64,000 bases of DNA, taken from positions 1,295,188 through 1,359,187 of the forward strand of contig JAQGDQ010000017.1 of assembly GCA_030141605.1 (NCBI GenBank), given 5' to 3'. Shown here piece after piece: positions 1 to 12,479 of the stretch (positions are counted from its first letter, which is position 1; each line of letters begins with the position of its first letter). Made by a program: the position numbers and the translations under genes. The notes under the pieces are model-generated. The model was not told where the DNA came from. It saw only the letters and a list, made by a program, of their open reading frames with translations, and did no database searches. The stretch comes from Tubiluchus corallicola (taxonomy: Eukaryota; Animalia; Priapulida).

Positions 1-1551
1 AAGGTATGTGTTCGTCTCATTAATATTCATTTTTATTCATTTGTTCATTTATTTTTTATATAAATAAATGAAATTTTGATGGATATGCATGAAAGGGCCA
101 ATTTCTCCTGCAAATAATAGCAGGTCTTTGAGGACCTGGCCCTGTATTATGTAATAACGTTCTTGTTCAAAAAATGTACATCAAAACAACTAGAAACACT
201 GCTAACTAAAATTTCACTTAGTAAATCGCCTAGATTTCTACCAAGACTTGTAGAATATAATTTACTAACTATGCAGTTGCTTATAAGCGTTAGGACATCA
301 ATATCAATTTATTTCGATTATTCTGATGTCATCTCATTAATGATGTGTCTTGCACCATTGTTTTTTACAATTTTTCTGCAATGCTTTATTGTGATGTCAA
401 ATAGAATTTCCGGTTTAAGCCTATTGTTAATCAAAAAAATTGATTTTCTAATTCCTAATTCTTAATTGATAATTACCAAAATTGAAAGCATTCTTTTTGT
501 CCAATGTTGCATCTGCCACAAAAAAACTTCTCGGAAATCTGTTTAGTTGTATTTGAGTAATCCTGTTCTCAAAGAAGCTATTCGTGATCAAAACATAACC
601 TCTTTGGTGAAGGCAATGAAAAATGTGCACTTTTTACTTAAAATTGCAGTTTAAACATATAAGTTGAAAGAAACAGCTCAATGATTTTTGTAGTCTGAAT
701 AGTGTCGGGATTTTTTAGACTTATGTCTTCAGACACAAACAAGCTTCACCTTGTTACAGCATTTGCTTTAACTTCTTTGGGACTGCACCATTCAAAATAG
801 GTCTGATGAGACCTCTGGCTTTTCTCTACTGTATGAGCACAGACATAATTAAATGATTACAAATTAGGTACTGTTCTATTCAGGAGAATCTCAGATATCC
901 AATCAGTCTATTTGTTTAAACATTTATAAGTGATTTAATTGGATAAAATTAAGAAAAACACCCCCTTCTCAGGCACTCCCAACTTAGCTATTGAGTAGTT
1001 TGGTCTGGTGTACACTTGTGCGATCATACACACTAATTTATCAATCGCTTGCTTGCTACAACTCAAGAGAACCCTCTATGTACAGAATTATCCTTAAAAA
1101 TAGAGTTGATTTGAGGACAAAGTGTATCAGAGCGTTGTGTCTGTATAGTTGAAATTTTCTGCATTAACAGATTTCACACAAGTGATGCTGTACATTGTTA
1201 CAGTGCAGACACTGCAGTTACTGAAAGCTTTTTTCAATTTGTTGTCTAAAATTGATTTTTAATTTATCTATAGTAAGCAAATGCATTTCATATATAATTT
1301 TTCATGAAAGTCTGTTGTGTGAGGAGTAGAAACCTACAAAAATTATCAAATATAATGTAATCACTGCTTAGTGAGAACAGTTTTCATGAAGCCATGCAAA
1401 ATGGAGCAAAAACTTCCGATCCTGAAGGAGTTAATTACATCCATCTTCCCTTTATCGGCCTTGCTTGGTGTTCACTGTGTAAAAAACGTTAAAATATTTA
1501 TGTTCATTGTTCACGGTGTCATTTTCATAAATATCTTTTTTTATTTTACAG

Positions 1552-1692
1552 TTGGACAGACCTTTGTTTTTAACCTGGTTTCAGTGTTCCATAGCATTAG
1601 GGCTGTGCATAATTCTTGGCTATTTTTCAAAATGGCGGCCAAATCTTATAACATTTCCAGAGTTTCATATTGACTTCAAAATAGCTCGACAG
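1552..1692 (+). CDS. SLC35C1: SLC35C1 internal exon
   Basis: ttttacag| [12 protein letters not shown]...KIARQ |gtgagt, 141 nt. Confidence 0.88.
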
Positions 1693-4600
1693 GTGAGTAT
1701 TATGTGTTTAATTTAATGATGATTTAGGTTAATATGCACCTAGACAGATCACGGTGAATTGGGCGTGTATTTCCTTAAATAACACTGGCATAAAAGTTTT
1801 GTATCAGTCTTGGAAAAAGTGCAAGTATATGGGCACTTTTCTAAACACCAAAGATGATATTAAGAGTAGAAAGCAACAAGCAATACATGCTTTTCTTCAG
1901 CACAAGAATCTATTAGTTCAGTCAAGCAGGAAATTCAGTCTTAACATAAGACTACAGTTATTTAATGCTTACATTATTCGCATATTTATGTACAACAGCG
2001 AAACTTGGGGTTTAACGGTTACTCAAGAAAAACAGATTGACACATTTCATAGAAGTTGTCTTAGGAAAGTTTTAAAGATAAGATGGCCATACATAATCAA
2101 AAACGAAGATTTATACACCAGAACGAAAGCAATTCCTTGGAGTTCAAAAGTCAAGATCTGAAGAATAAGATAGCAAAGGTAGCTAGGATATCTTCTATGA
2201 TTACCAAGTGAGGAACCAGTAAAAATCGCCTTAAAGGAAGCCTTAAAACCTTGCCATGGTTCATGCGAGTGGGATGGGTTCAATACTCGCACTGGGCGGT
2301 ATCATGCATAAACCTTAGCTGCTTACCTCCTAGAGGGAGGACTTACATACATGCAAAGGTGGCACTAAGACACTTCTGATGATTCAGTGACTCATCTTAG
2401 AGTTTTGTTTTTGATAATGAGTCAAGCCTCGGTCATGCCATAAATGTCTCTTTGAGTAGGTTCTGCCTTTGAGTGCTTTCCGGCATGCCTTGTGCCAAAA
2501 GTTGCTTCATTATTATGAGGAGTAATCATGTCAGATTGCAATTTGTAAATGTTGAAAATCTTCCTTTGTAAGATCAATGATGGCTCGTAACTAAAATTAG
2601 TGGGGTGCTGCTACAGAAAATTTTTAGTCATTGTTTTAATATTGTGTAAAAAGAATGAAACATATGTAATTTTAATGTTGTAATTTGCAATTGTAATTTT
2701 AAACAAACAAACATATGAAAGTTTATACATAAACTTGATAAATCTAAAACAAAATAGTATTTTTTGCTTACTAATAGCCTAAATTTTCGCAACTCAAGCT
2801 TGATGCATTCGAAGTAAGCTTGTGACAACTGACAACAAACTGTATGAGCAACAGTACTTTTTCTAACTGGGCTCAGATATGTGCGCATGGCTGCATGCTC
2901 ACAACAAGCAAACACCTCGTTGCTGGAGTGCACTGTGCAGAGCTTTAAAGCAAACCTCACGTGCTCTGGTTCCGTACAAGTGTAAAGAAAGAACTAAAGA
3001 AAAAAGACTTATTATGTTGAATATTATCGATAATATCGAGTGAAAAAAGGGGATGCTGCAGTTCCATGGCACCTACATACGAGCCGTCACTACTAGGATT
3101 TGATATGGAAATATTGATAATTATATGTTCTTTAACTGTTTAGACTGTCCACATAAGTTAAGGATAAAGTCTGAGACTAAAATCCTACCTACCTTTATTT
3201 TTTGTATGTCGGTTGATTCTAATTTTTCATTTTCTAGGTATTTCCACTGTCAATAATGTTTGTGGGTATGATAACATTCAATAACTTATGCCTGAGAAGC
3301 GTCGGTGTCGCTTTTTATTACATTGGACGGTCCCTCACTACCGTATTTAATGTGGTAAGCTGATTTAAACACTCTTTTTTGAAACTATGGCGAGGATCGG
3401 TTTAGTAAGCCTATATGCAGTCTAATCCTGATAATATTTTTCCACTTATAATGAAATTCTCAATAGTATGACAATTTTATTATGTCTCTGCAATGGTTAT
3501 AATAAAACCTAATCACGTATTGTTAATTCGAAACTAGTTATTACAAAAACCCCGTTTATACAACGTTTTCCTAAACTCCTGCCAATATAATTTTAACACA
3601 AATAAACGCTTTTAATACGATTTCTGCTATAGCCAACCCTGTTTGGACTCTAGACACTCTTCACCTGTTGCCACGGTAACTACAGCAATGTTGTTTACAA
3701 CCATTATGCTTCATAATGTAATGCACATACGTTATCATGCAGTTGCAACATTTTGCCGTAGATTAAATTAGTCAATACATTCAGCCAGATATTCTGTATT
3801 CAGTGCAAAGTTTAAAACACTTCATTACAAATTTTGATTGTAAGAATGCAAAACAGTAAAATTACTGATTTCCTCAAGACTTAATAATAAAACGTAAGTG
3901 AGTTAATTACAGCTTATTTTTACTTTGATTTGTTTTTATGTTAAAAATGTTTACAATTTAAAAATTCATCATTGACATGAGTGTACAAATAACTACTTGC
4001 AGTCAAATTGTTGATTTCCAAAACACGTCCCATTGTGGAAAATTTTTTCCCTTATCGTTTAAAACTAGTACTTGTTACTACCTGCCATCCCATCCCTAAA
4101 CACAGAGACTTTGCTTGCAGGTATCGAATTGTAATACCGTAGCAGCGGCTATAGTTACGTAGGTGGGCATTAACGTTGTAATGTATTACACACTGTACAT
4201 TCGAGTTATTAACATACCGCAAGCTCTCGGGCACCATTAACCCCTTGTTGCTTTAAAGTTTAGACTAACCAGAGCAATTGACTGCTAAAACGTTGATATA
4301 ATTTTGCAGTTTGCATTTACGCGAAAGTGGAGGTTAAACAAGCTTAAATTATGCTCACTGACAAAAGAAACCTGATGAAGAAACTGCACGTCCATTAATT
4401 GCTATTTTACATCAGAAGTAAAAATACGTGTAATGAATGGTACTAAACCCATTTGATACGGAAAAATATTTTGGTGCTGCGAAAATTGTATTAACAGGAT
4501 TCGATTGAAAACGGTTAAAAATTACCGCATAAAACTGAAAATAAACCAAAAAGTAGCCTCTCACTTCAAGTGCCGGACATTGGCTAATAGGGGAAAGGGA

Positions 4601-7600
4601 GCAACAGCTCCCACTGAGCACATTTTTCAAAAGTGGTGCCTTTTCGACAATTTTTTTAACTCTTTGATAGGCTTGGAAAAATTTGTTGGAATCATTACTT
4701 TATTTCACCAACCTGCCACCTGTTTTTGAAATGAGCATGCATTTACGCAACTCATTTGTCAGGGTTGATTGATTGAAACTGTATTTTCCTCGTGTTTTAA
4801 TCTTAAACACAAAATTAAAATGTATAATCAATGTGTTAAAAATTGTTTGGTATTCGTCACGTCACGTTTTTTATGTGCTTGCTCCCCCTAACTTTAGAAT
4901 CAGGCTATGCCCCTGGCACCAAAGCAAGATTGCCAATAGCCATCTATTTTAGTTTTGATATTGCTGAAAATATTACAGTATATGATGTATAGTTGTGCAC
5001 AGTTACCAAATAGACAGTGCATAATTACCGATGGAAAAGATCAATCAGTTAACATGTCCATTTTCTACCAGGCAGGCTGAAAATAAGGTTTTTTAATCAT
5101 TCTGTCTTCCACATATTAGTTTTGCAGGAAAATGAATGTCAGGTATTTTTTGAGTTAAAGGAAAACTAGAAGACTGATTAGACTCATCTCATTTTAATTC
5201 ACCATCCATAATATACATTTTCTTGCCTATAAAAGTTAGCAATTGTTTTTTATATTTGAATAATTAGCTTGGAGTGTTAATTAATGGCAACCGAACACAG
5301 CTATCGCTTATGTCACAAACTAACCACAAATTCTGCAATGGTATGTATCTTCCCTGCACGTCAAGCACGTTTGCGTAAGCGAAGATTTCTATGTCACAAA
5401 ATGGGCTCTATGTCACAGGCGAATACTGTAAAATCTAAATCTACAGTGTAGATTATGATCATGCTTATCACGGTGCTGCGCCTATTTGTTGGCCACGCGA
5501 GTGTGGCAAAAAGTGCCATTGCCAGTCTTAGTGGATTCGTTGAGTCACTCGTAGCTTTGAAAGTTTTACAAAATTTAACTGTTCGAGGTAATTATTATTT
5601 AATCTAAGTTTTCATTTAAAAAAAGCTGTTGTAGTTTTCAATATTTTAGAACATACTTTATTATGGACTAATGTCTGCACAGTCGTCCATTTTCCTTTAA
5701 ACATAATACTTTTTGGTCACAATTTCAAGTTGTATTAACTCTGTAGAGTTTTATGTCTTGATTTGTTTAATCGGAAGATGACTGAACTGATAAATTTAAT
5801 CACTGTATCATGCATTCGCGCCTTCGGCTGCTTGCAATTTATTTCAACGCTGATTTATTGCAGGTACTTACGTATGTGGTGCTGAAGCAACCAACGTCTG
5901 TGAAAGCTGTGATTTGCTGTGGAGTCATTGTAGGTGGATTCATTCTAGGCGTGGATCAGGAACAGGTTGCCGGTGAGTGAAAAATGAACACTAACCTAGA
6001 AAAATCGCAATGTGTAAATTGAATATTACACGTTATACCCGGTGGTGAATGATTTTTGCTAAAGGGTGCAAAAACAGAGAGTTATAGCACAGGGCAATTT
6101 AAAGGAAGACCGGAGCATTGTTTAGACTCAATCTCATTTTAATTTACTGTCCAAAATATACTATTTCTTGCCTATAGAACTTAGCAATTGTTTCTTATAT
6201 TTGAATAATTAGCTTAAAACGTAATTACCGGTAACCAAACACAGCTATTGCCTACATCAGAAACTAACCACAGTTTGTGCAATGGCAGGCATCTTCCCTT
6301 GCATGTCAAGCACATTTGCATAAGTGTTACTGTTTAAACGCGGGATGTCTCGAAAAGAGGTTCTTCATCACATGACGTCAGAAACACAGCATAATCATGG
6401 TTATCGTGGTACCGCCTTCTATTTGTTGGCTATGCGAATGTGACAAAAAGGATCCGTTGGTAATCTTACTAGATTCACTGAGCCGCGAGTAGCTTTGAAA
6501 GCTTAACAAAATTTGAGTATCCGAGATAATTATTATTTAATCTAAGCTTTGATTTAAAAAAAGCTATTGTAGTTTTCAATATTTTAGAGCATTCTTTATT
6601 CTAAACCAATGTTTACACAATCATTCGGTTTTCCATTAAAGACACTGAAGACCTAAGCCTACTGAATTTTCAATATTTTAGATTTTCATATATTTTTAAT
6701 AATATATCAAAGCACTACTTGCGTGGGTACCCAATCTTTATGTCGTCAAGCACTTTTCGTGGGGTCTTGGGCTAGTCCAAAAATGCTGTTTTCACGAAAA
6801 GTATCTAAGTAAGTCTTGTTTCTTCAGTCTCTCATTACTTCATTTTGTTCTGGAAAGTAAAACTGGGTTTCTTTGCTCTAAATGCAGTATATCAGTACTT
6901 GATTTTCCGGAAAAACGAAAATGCAAGTTGTTGCATGCTGTACACTTGCGTACAGTGCACACCATTCAAAAGAGTGTCGCTCGGCATTTTACCTTGAATA
7001 CCTATTGCTGTTGCATTACTGGTCGCTGAGAAACAGGTGCAACAATCACATGAATGAATTAATGAAACAATCTCTTGTTGTTCAATGATTTGTTGAATAG
7101 TAATTGCTCCAATGATGCCCTCTAGATTGAAGGCTGTGCAAGGACATGGTATGTTCTCCATTATTTGAGCAATGCTTTTAATATAGTGAATTCTTCTGTT
7201 CCGTTACTCAATGTTTTTGTTTCCCTAGCAAAAGTTTATATACATGCTGTAGCCTTGTATTACGTGTGAGTAAGAACCTTTAAAAAATGCTATTTCTACT
7301 TATAGTGCAACGAGTTTCTGTATTGGTGGAATCATATTTTTGTTTTTCTGTATTTTATAATTTTAGTTTCAAAATTCTAAATTAAAATATGCAATTACTA
7401 GTTAAAGCAATATTGTGCAAAAAGAAGGAAAGGTAAAAAGTCTTGTCTGAGTCAGGATTTGAACCAGGGTCCTTAGATTATATGTCAAATCTTCAATTCA
7501 TTTTTTGGCTCATTCCAGAATACATCGTACGTTGGGTTTGGTTTCAAAATTCATATTTTACAAAAATGTTTGATTTCAAAACATCATCATTCTTGCTTTC

Positions 7601-8658
7601 ATCATCATTTTCATCATTCTTGCTTTCACTTATTACTGCAGAACTTACAGCCGTTTGTAACTAATCACTTAATGGCGTGTTGCTAATCACTTAATCACGT
7701 AACAAAGTGGCCTACCATAAGTCCGCTCTCTCGTGATTTTAGTCGAGTTATACCAATGGCATAACACAGTATTTTTAATGCAGATTATTACATAAATGTA
7801 TTGTTAGCTAAAGTGACAATTTACATGTGTAATAGGATTAAAACATCTTTTGTTTCAAGCTTTGAAAAATCTTGAAAAATAACATTAGTGTTGTTAAGTA
7901 TGTTCATTAGACGTTTTTAAGTGCATTTGCAAGCAACAAGTTTGTTAATAACTACACGTGTTACCAGTGTGGATGCTTTTAGACTGTGTTGGTATTACGT
8001 TATGTGATGTATGTGAAATAAACTGATTCAACTTGTTTACGTCATAAAACCACTTACTAATCCTACTTACCAAACTAAAAAAATTGTTTCATTTCAATAC
8101 AGACAGTTTGTCTTTGTTTTAGGTACTCTTTCCGTTATGGGAGTAATTTACGGGATCCTTGCCAGTCTTTTCGTGTCTCTAAATGCCATATTTACGAAAA
8201 AAGTTTTACCATTCGTCGATGAGAATATCTGGCGGCTGATCTTGTACAATAATTTCAATGCCTTCTGGATGTTCTTACCCCTCATGATTCTCGCCGGCGA
8301 GCTCAACGGGTTTCTCAGCTTTCCGAGATTATTCGACTACACTTTCTGGTCATTTATGATTCTCAGCGGCGCATTTGGCTTCACAATCGGCTATGTTGGG
8401 TCATTACAAGTCCAAGTGACATCGCCGCTGACGCACAACATCAGTGGGACAGCTAAGGCATGTGCGCAGACTATTCTAGCTTGTGTGTACTTCCAAGAGA
8501 CAAAATCGGTGCTTTGGTGGTTGAGCAACGCGGTTGTGTTAACAGGCTCTCTAGCGTACACGCACGTGCGACGCCAGGAGATGAAGGAAAGACACATAGA
8601 GGAAGCGAAGTCCTTATTAGAGAATGACCAAGACAGCACAGAAAAAAGTGCTGTTTAG
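1552..8658 (+). CDS. SLC35C1: GDP-fucose transporter 1, 3' part. Exons 1552-1692, 3238-3354, 5864-5972, 8123-8658; earlier exon(s) lie upstream of the window (donor AAG|GTATGT at 3/4).
   Basis: Spliced translation gives [61 protein letters not shown] and [20 protein letters not shown], all SLC35C1 family motifs. Introns are GT-AG and phases are consistent (0,0,1). Confidence 0.93.
1790..2260 (+). mobile_element. Degenerate non-LTR retrotransposon (LINE) ORF2 C-terminal fragment
   Basis: KYMGTFL...[20 protein letters not shown]...[25 protein letters not shown], a typical post-RT region of RTE-like LINEs; stops follow downstream. Confidence 0.8.
2576..3092. mobile_element. MITE with terminal inverted repeats (hAT-like)
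   Basis: Ends caatgatggctcgta ... tacgagccgtcacta; no ORF. Confidence 0.55.
3238..3354 (+). CDS. SLC35C1: SLC35C1 internal exon
   Basis: tttctag| [19 protein letters not shown]...RSLTTVFNV |gtaagc, 117 nt. Confidence 0.92.
4578..4915 (+). mobile_element. MITE, same family as 47135-47491
   Basis: Shared internal text (gggagcaac...ctgagcacatttttcaaaa; tttgaaatgagcatgcattta; tgtgcttgctc); 3' end ggctatgcccctg. Confidence 0.65.
5155..5700 (+). mobile_element. TTAA-flanked MITE (Kolobok-like), copy 1
   Basis: TTAA|AGGAAAA ... TTTTCCT|TTAA; homologous along its length to 6099-6639 and, reversed, to 28747-29271. Confidence 0.8.
5864..5972 (+). CDS. SLC35C1: SLC35C1 internal exon
   Basis: ttgcag| [12 protein letters not shown]...GVDQEQVA(G) |gtgagt, 109 nt. 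Confidence 0.92.
6099..6639 (+). mobile_element. TTAA-flanked MITE (Kolobok-like), copy 2
   Basis: TTAA|AGGAAGACCG ... CGGTTTTCCA|TTAA. Confidence 0.8.
8123..8658 (+). CDS. SLC35C1: SLC35C1 terminal coding exon
   Basis: ttttag| (G)[22 protein letters not shown]...TEKSAV*; overlaps ORF 8137..8658. Confidence 0.93.
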
Positions 8659-9005
8659 CAGTTTTTTCGGACAGTTTCAAACTAATTTGTTAATTGGATT
8701 ATGTTTGATGTTATTTTTAAAATGTGCCGTGATGTGTTCACTGCTGGCAGCTTGGAGATACGAGAACAAATAAAATAGGGGAAGAACTAACTAACTATAT
8801 ATTTTTGGGGGATCTAATTTACAGGGAAATAGAATTTACTGCTTTAGAATGAGTCCAGTAATATGGCAATTGTTGGGAGGATGGGTAGAAAATTGTCAAA
8901 ACGATGTGACTACCCAGGTACATCATATTTTAATTTTAAAATTTGCACGTCTGTGAACCTCAAATTAAGTTATTGTTATCAGTTTTACTGTTACATTTTT
9001 AATAG

Positions 9006-10724
9006 TACAGTAGGTGTCATTTAGTTAATAGAATCAGTCGATTAATTGACTCAAAAACACCTGGTACAGACTGCTTCTATTAAAATATGTGTAAAACCTG
9101 TCAATGATAGGCTCAAACAACTCTTGAAGTTTTGAAGTCCTGAATAATATACTTCTAAAAAGTCATTAACGACATACTAGAAGGTTTTGGGGTGCACATA
9201 GTTAGTATACACTCTGCAACTTGTTAACTGGTGATGGTATTGGAAGTTATGAGAAGAGGTGAAACAAGCAAAACAAACATGGCGGGTGCGGGCTAAAAAC
9301 ACAGTTAGATTTACAGACAGGTTAGGTGGGATGGCACCCTCAAGGTAGAAATAGCAGAGGGTGCAAGTGCTCGGAAGTGATTTCTCTGATATCCAGTGGA
9401 AGTTTGTTCCACGAATGTATTGCTCTGGGGTAGAAGGAGTATAAATAAATATTGACTCTTGCTGATGACTGAACAAATTTGTTGTTATCTTTGAGAGATG
9501 GGGTGATGTAAGTTGGTAAATTTATACCTATCCTGTGATGCACTATATCATGAAAGATGTTTAGTATCGTTTGACGACGTCTAATTTCTAGTGTTTCCCA
9601 GCCGAGTTCCGAGATCATCCTAGATACTTCATTTCTGGTATATTCATTTTGTACAAATCGTGCTGCATTTTGCTGGACTTGCTCGATGCATTTTGCATTT
9701 ATCAATGCTAAAGTCCATAAGCCAGTTTTCCCCCCATAATTGTAGCTGTGAGAGATCATTTTGTAGGATATGGTGATCGTGATTACTCCATATAGGTCTG
9801 TACAGAATCGAGTCATCAGCAAATAGTCGGATGTTAGATGATATATTGTCACTGATGTCATTTATATAGAGGAGGAATAATTGACTCCTCATAATTGACT
9901 CAACATGTGTGCTTTTAGTGGTTTAATAAGACACTTTTGTGGGACCAGTAAGCTTTTATGTCATCTTAGTTTGTTTTTGTGCTTTAATAAGTAGAAACAA
10001 TCATGTTGTGTACCGTTTTGTTTATAAGCAGGTACATTCATTATTTGCTAATATGCTACCCTAGCGGTTTTGCACCTCACCCATACACTGCAATTAACAT
10101 CATCCCCAAAGAATTTGTGGACATTTAATCACGTGTCTAACAGTTTGCTTTTCAAGCTTTTGCTGCCTTTCAAAGAACGTTTAATCTGTTAGCAGCTGAT
10201 GTTATACCAGGGATGCAGGTACAGTAAAATAAAGTGTTGCAAAGTTGACGGTAGATTAACGGTGAAAACTTGAATGCTTGCATGACAGCTGTGTTGTTTA
10301 ATGAATGGTTAGTGAAATGGGATGCAAGCTTAAAGTGAAACATGCATCTAAGTGTTTGTGCATCATACAGCAACAGGTTTTCTACATTTTTATCATTATG
10401 AAAACCTTGTGACACATTTTTGCAAAAAAAATGACGCAGCCGACTTTGAACAAATTTTTGTAAATAAACAGACTTGTGTGATTTAGAAAAGTAAACTATT
10501 TTATTAATTCACTTTATAAGTTAATATATTTAAACAGCTGCATAGGAATTTAGGTATTACTTCATTTCTAAAATTCATTACCTAAGCCTTTGGAGTGCAT
10601 ACTAAGCTGATGATTCATATTTATATACTAGTAAAACTACATCTGTCAGTTAATGGATTCTTTCGGTTAATTGGATCAAAACACTTAAGTCCCAAAGTGT
10701 GTCTATTAAGCGGCGCCTGCTGTA
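9006..10724. mobile_element. TA-flanked Tc1/mariner (pogo/Tigger-like) non-autonomous element interrupted by a LINE
   Basis: TA|CAGTAGGTG ... CGCCTGCTG|TA; both ends match 23272-24042 in reverse orientation. Confidence 0.72.
9126..9890 (-). mobile_element. 5'-truncated LINE (CR1/L2-like reverse transcriptase end plus 3' UTR)
   Basis: LFLLYINDI...RLFADDSILYR...LQNDL..W...WLMDFSIDKCK, then frameshifted IEQVQQNAARFV...LGWETLEIRR...YSFYPRAIHSWNKLP. Confidence 0.88.
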
Positions 10725-12011
10725 TTAGAACCTGTTTTTCAACAAAATCCTTTCAAATAATGAATTAATTTCTAGGGTGATAGTGTTTTGGTCTGTGCCC
10801 GATAAAAAAGCTCTGCATTTATGCTCAGAGTCAAGTACAGCTAAGGGAACAATTCTTTTTTATTTTAATTTCATATTTTTTTATCTCACTGCTTTCTATT
10901 TCTAACATTAGTTTACACTGGCTACTTATTAGTGCAAAATATAGTAATTAAGTATGCATGAACACATGTATGAATTTGTTTGTACTATAACAATGGCCTA
11001 ATAGTTATATAGGAGCTATATTGTTTTAAGACAGATAAGATGTAACAAAAGGAACTACTGTTAAAGAAAATTGTTGAACTTTATTATACATAATTGTTAG
11101 TTGCAATAACAAACTGAGGTTTATATTGCATGGTTTTTATTGATGCAAGTCTTTCATAAAATGCTTTTTCACTTGTCTTGTGAGATAAGTATTTTTTGTT
11201 TACTTAAGTCACTTCAAAACACAGAGTAATAAAAACACTGGTTCTTTTAAGCTTTGAACTGGTGTACATCAGATAGCTTGGAGTACTGACACACTTTCAA
11301 CTGTGCTCAATCAACTTGACAATTCAAATCATATAGAAACTTCTGACTCAATGTCACCGCTTTTGTTGTAATAACATTAGTGAGACAATTGTTCTATTTG
11401 TTGTACAAGAATTAGAGAAGTAGCCTGGATGATTCTACGGGTAACATTTGATCTCCGGTATTTTGGCTGCAAATGATAAATAACACGACTGGATCGTCGT
11501 ATTAACAATTTCAAAATTTGAACAAAATGCACAAATAGTAACAATTTTGTTGCAAAATATTGTGTTTTGTGCCACCTGCTATTGAACTATTAATCTTCTG
11601 CTTGTGCCAAGTACTGTATCATGAAAGACGTCAAGCATTTATAGGCTAGAAAAGAATTCCCACTTCCACAAAATCTCCAAGTTTCTTATTGTTCTTGGAC
11701 TTATTTGTTATGTATAACTTTTAAAATAAGATTTTGTTGTATTCTTTTTTAAGGAGAATTTTGTACTTCGTACAATCGATGTGTTTATTCAAATGTTTTG
11801 TGTACTGATATATAAACATGTTGTGTGGCTGGTTATGCACTGAGTGCATGTGTGTTTTTTCCAATAAATTTAAAGATAGATGCAAGTGCAGTGTATTGAG
11901 TTATCCTCTGGTTGTATTCGTTTCTGCTAAGTCCCATCTTTATTTGTTCATCTGGAACAAGCTATGATAACTAACAATACATATTCAAAAATTAAAAAAA
12001 CCATGTTCAAA

Positions 12012-12303
12012 TTTTATAGTTAAAGCACCACAACTTTATTAAAAAGTTAAATTTACATAGTTAAAAAATCGTAAAATGTTTCGACAGAGCTACTGCTGTC
12101 ATCATCAGTGGTAAATTTTTACAAACATACTAGTTTATATAGGCAGAGCCTACAGCATAGAACATTATGTATTTTATATAGGCTCTGCCGTCTACATAAA
12201 CTGGTTGTATGTTTGTAAAAATATACCACTGATGATGACAGCAGTAGCTTTGTCGAAGTGTAAATTAAAAGTTTTAATAAAGTTGTGGCGTTTTAACTAT
12301 AAA
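12012..12303. mobile_element. ~290-bp palindrome (inverted duplication of a Penelope-like terminal repeat) with hammerhead-type cores
   Basis: Arms are reverse complements; each carries CTGATGA-TGACAG-loop-(C/T)TGTC-GAA. A single-arm homolog lies at ~56571-56706. Confidence 0.6.
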
Positions 12304-12479
12304 TGTTTTTAAGTGCCTGTAATAAAAAATATTCAAAATTGCTGTTCTATACAATAATATTCATTATGCATCCATGAATAATACAGCAATAAAAGTAGCA
12401 TTTACAAGTAATAATTACTGTTTAATTAAATGTACAATTACAATTTACAAGTACTGAACACGAATTTTAGTCAAATGTT

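Noticed and set aside
163-630. Short ORFs at the window start
   Set aside because: They fall within the SLC35C1 intron (4-1551), with no recognisable motifs.
6892-7161. Cys-rich minus-strand ORF
   Set aside because: Intronic and fragmentary; possibly a decayed transposon, but I could not assign a family.
8391-8680. Antisense ORFs over the SLC35C1 last exon
   Set aside because: Shadow frames of a real coding exon.
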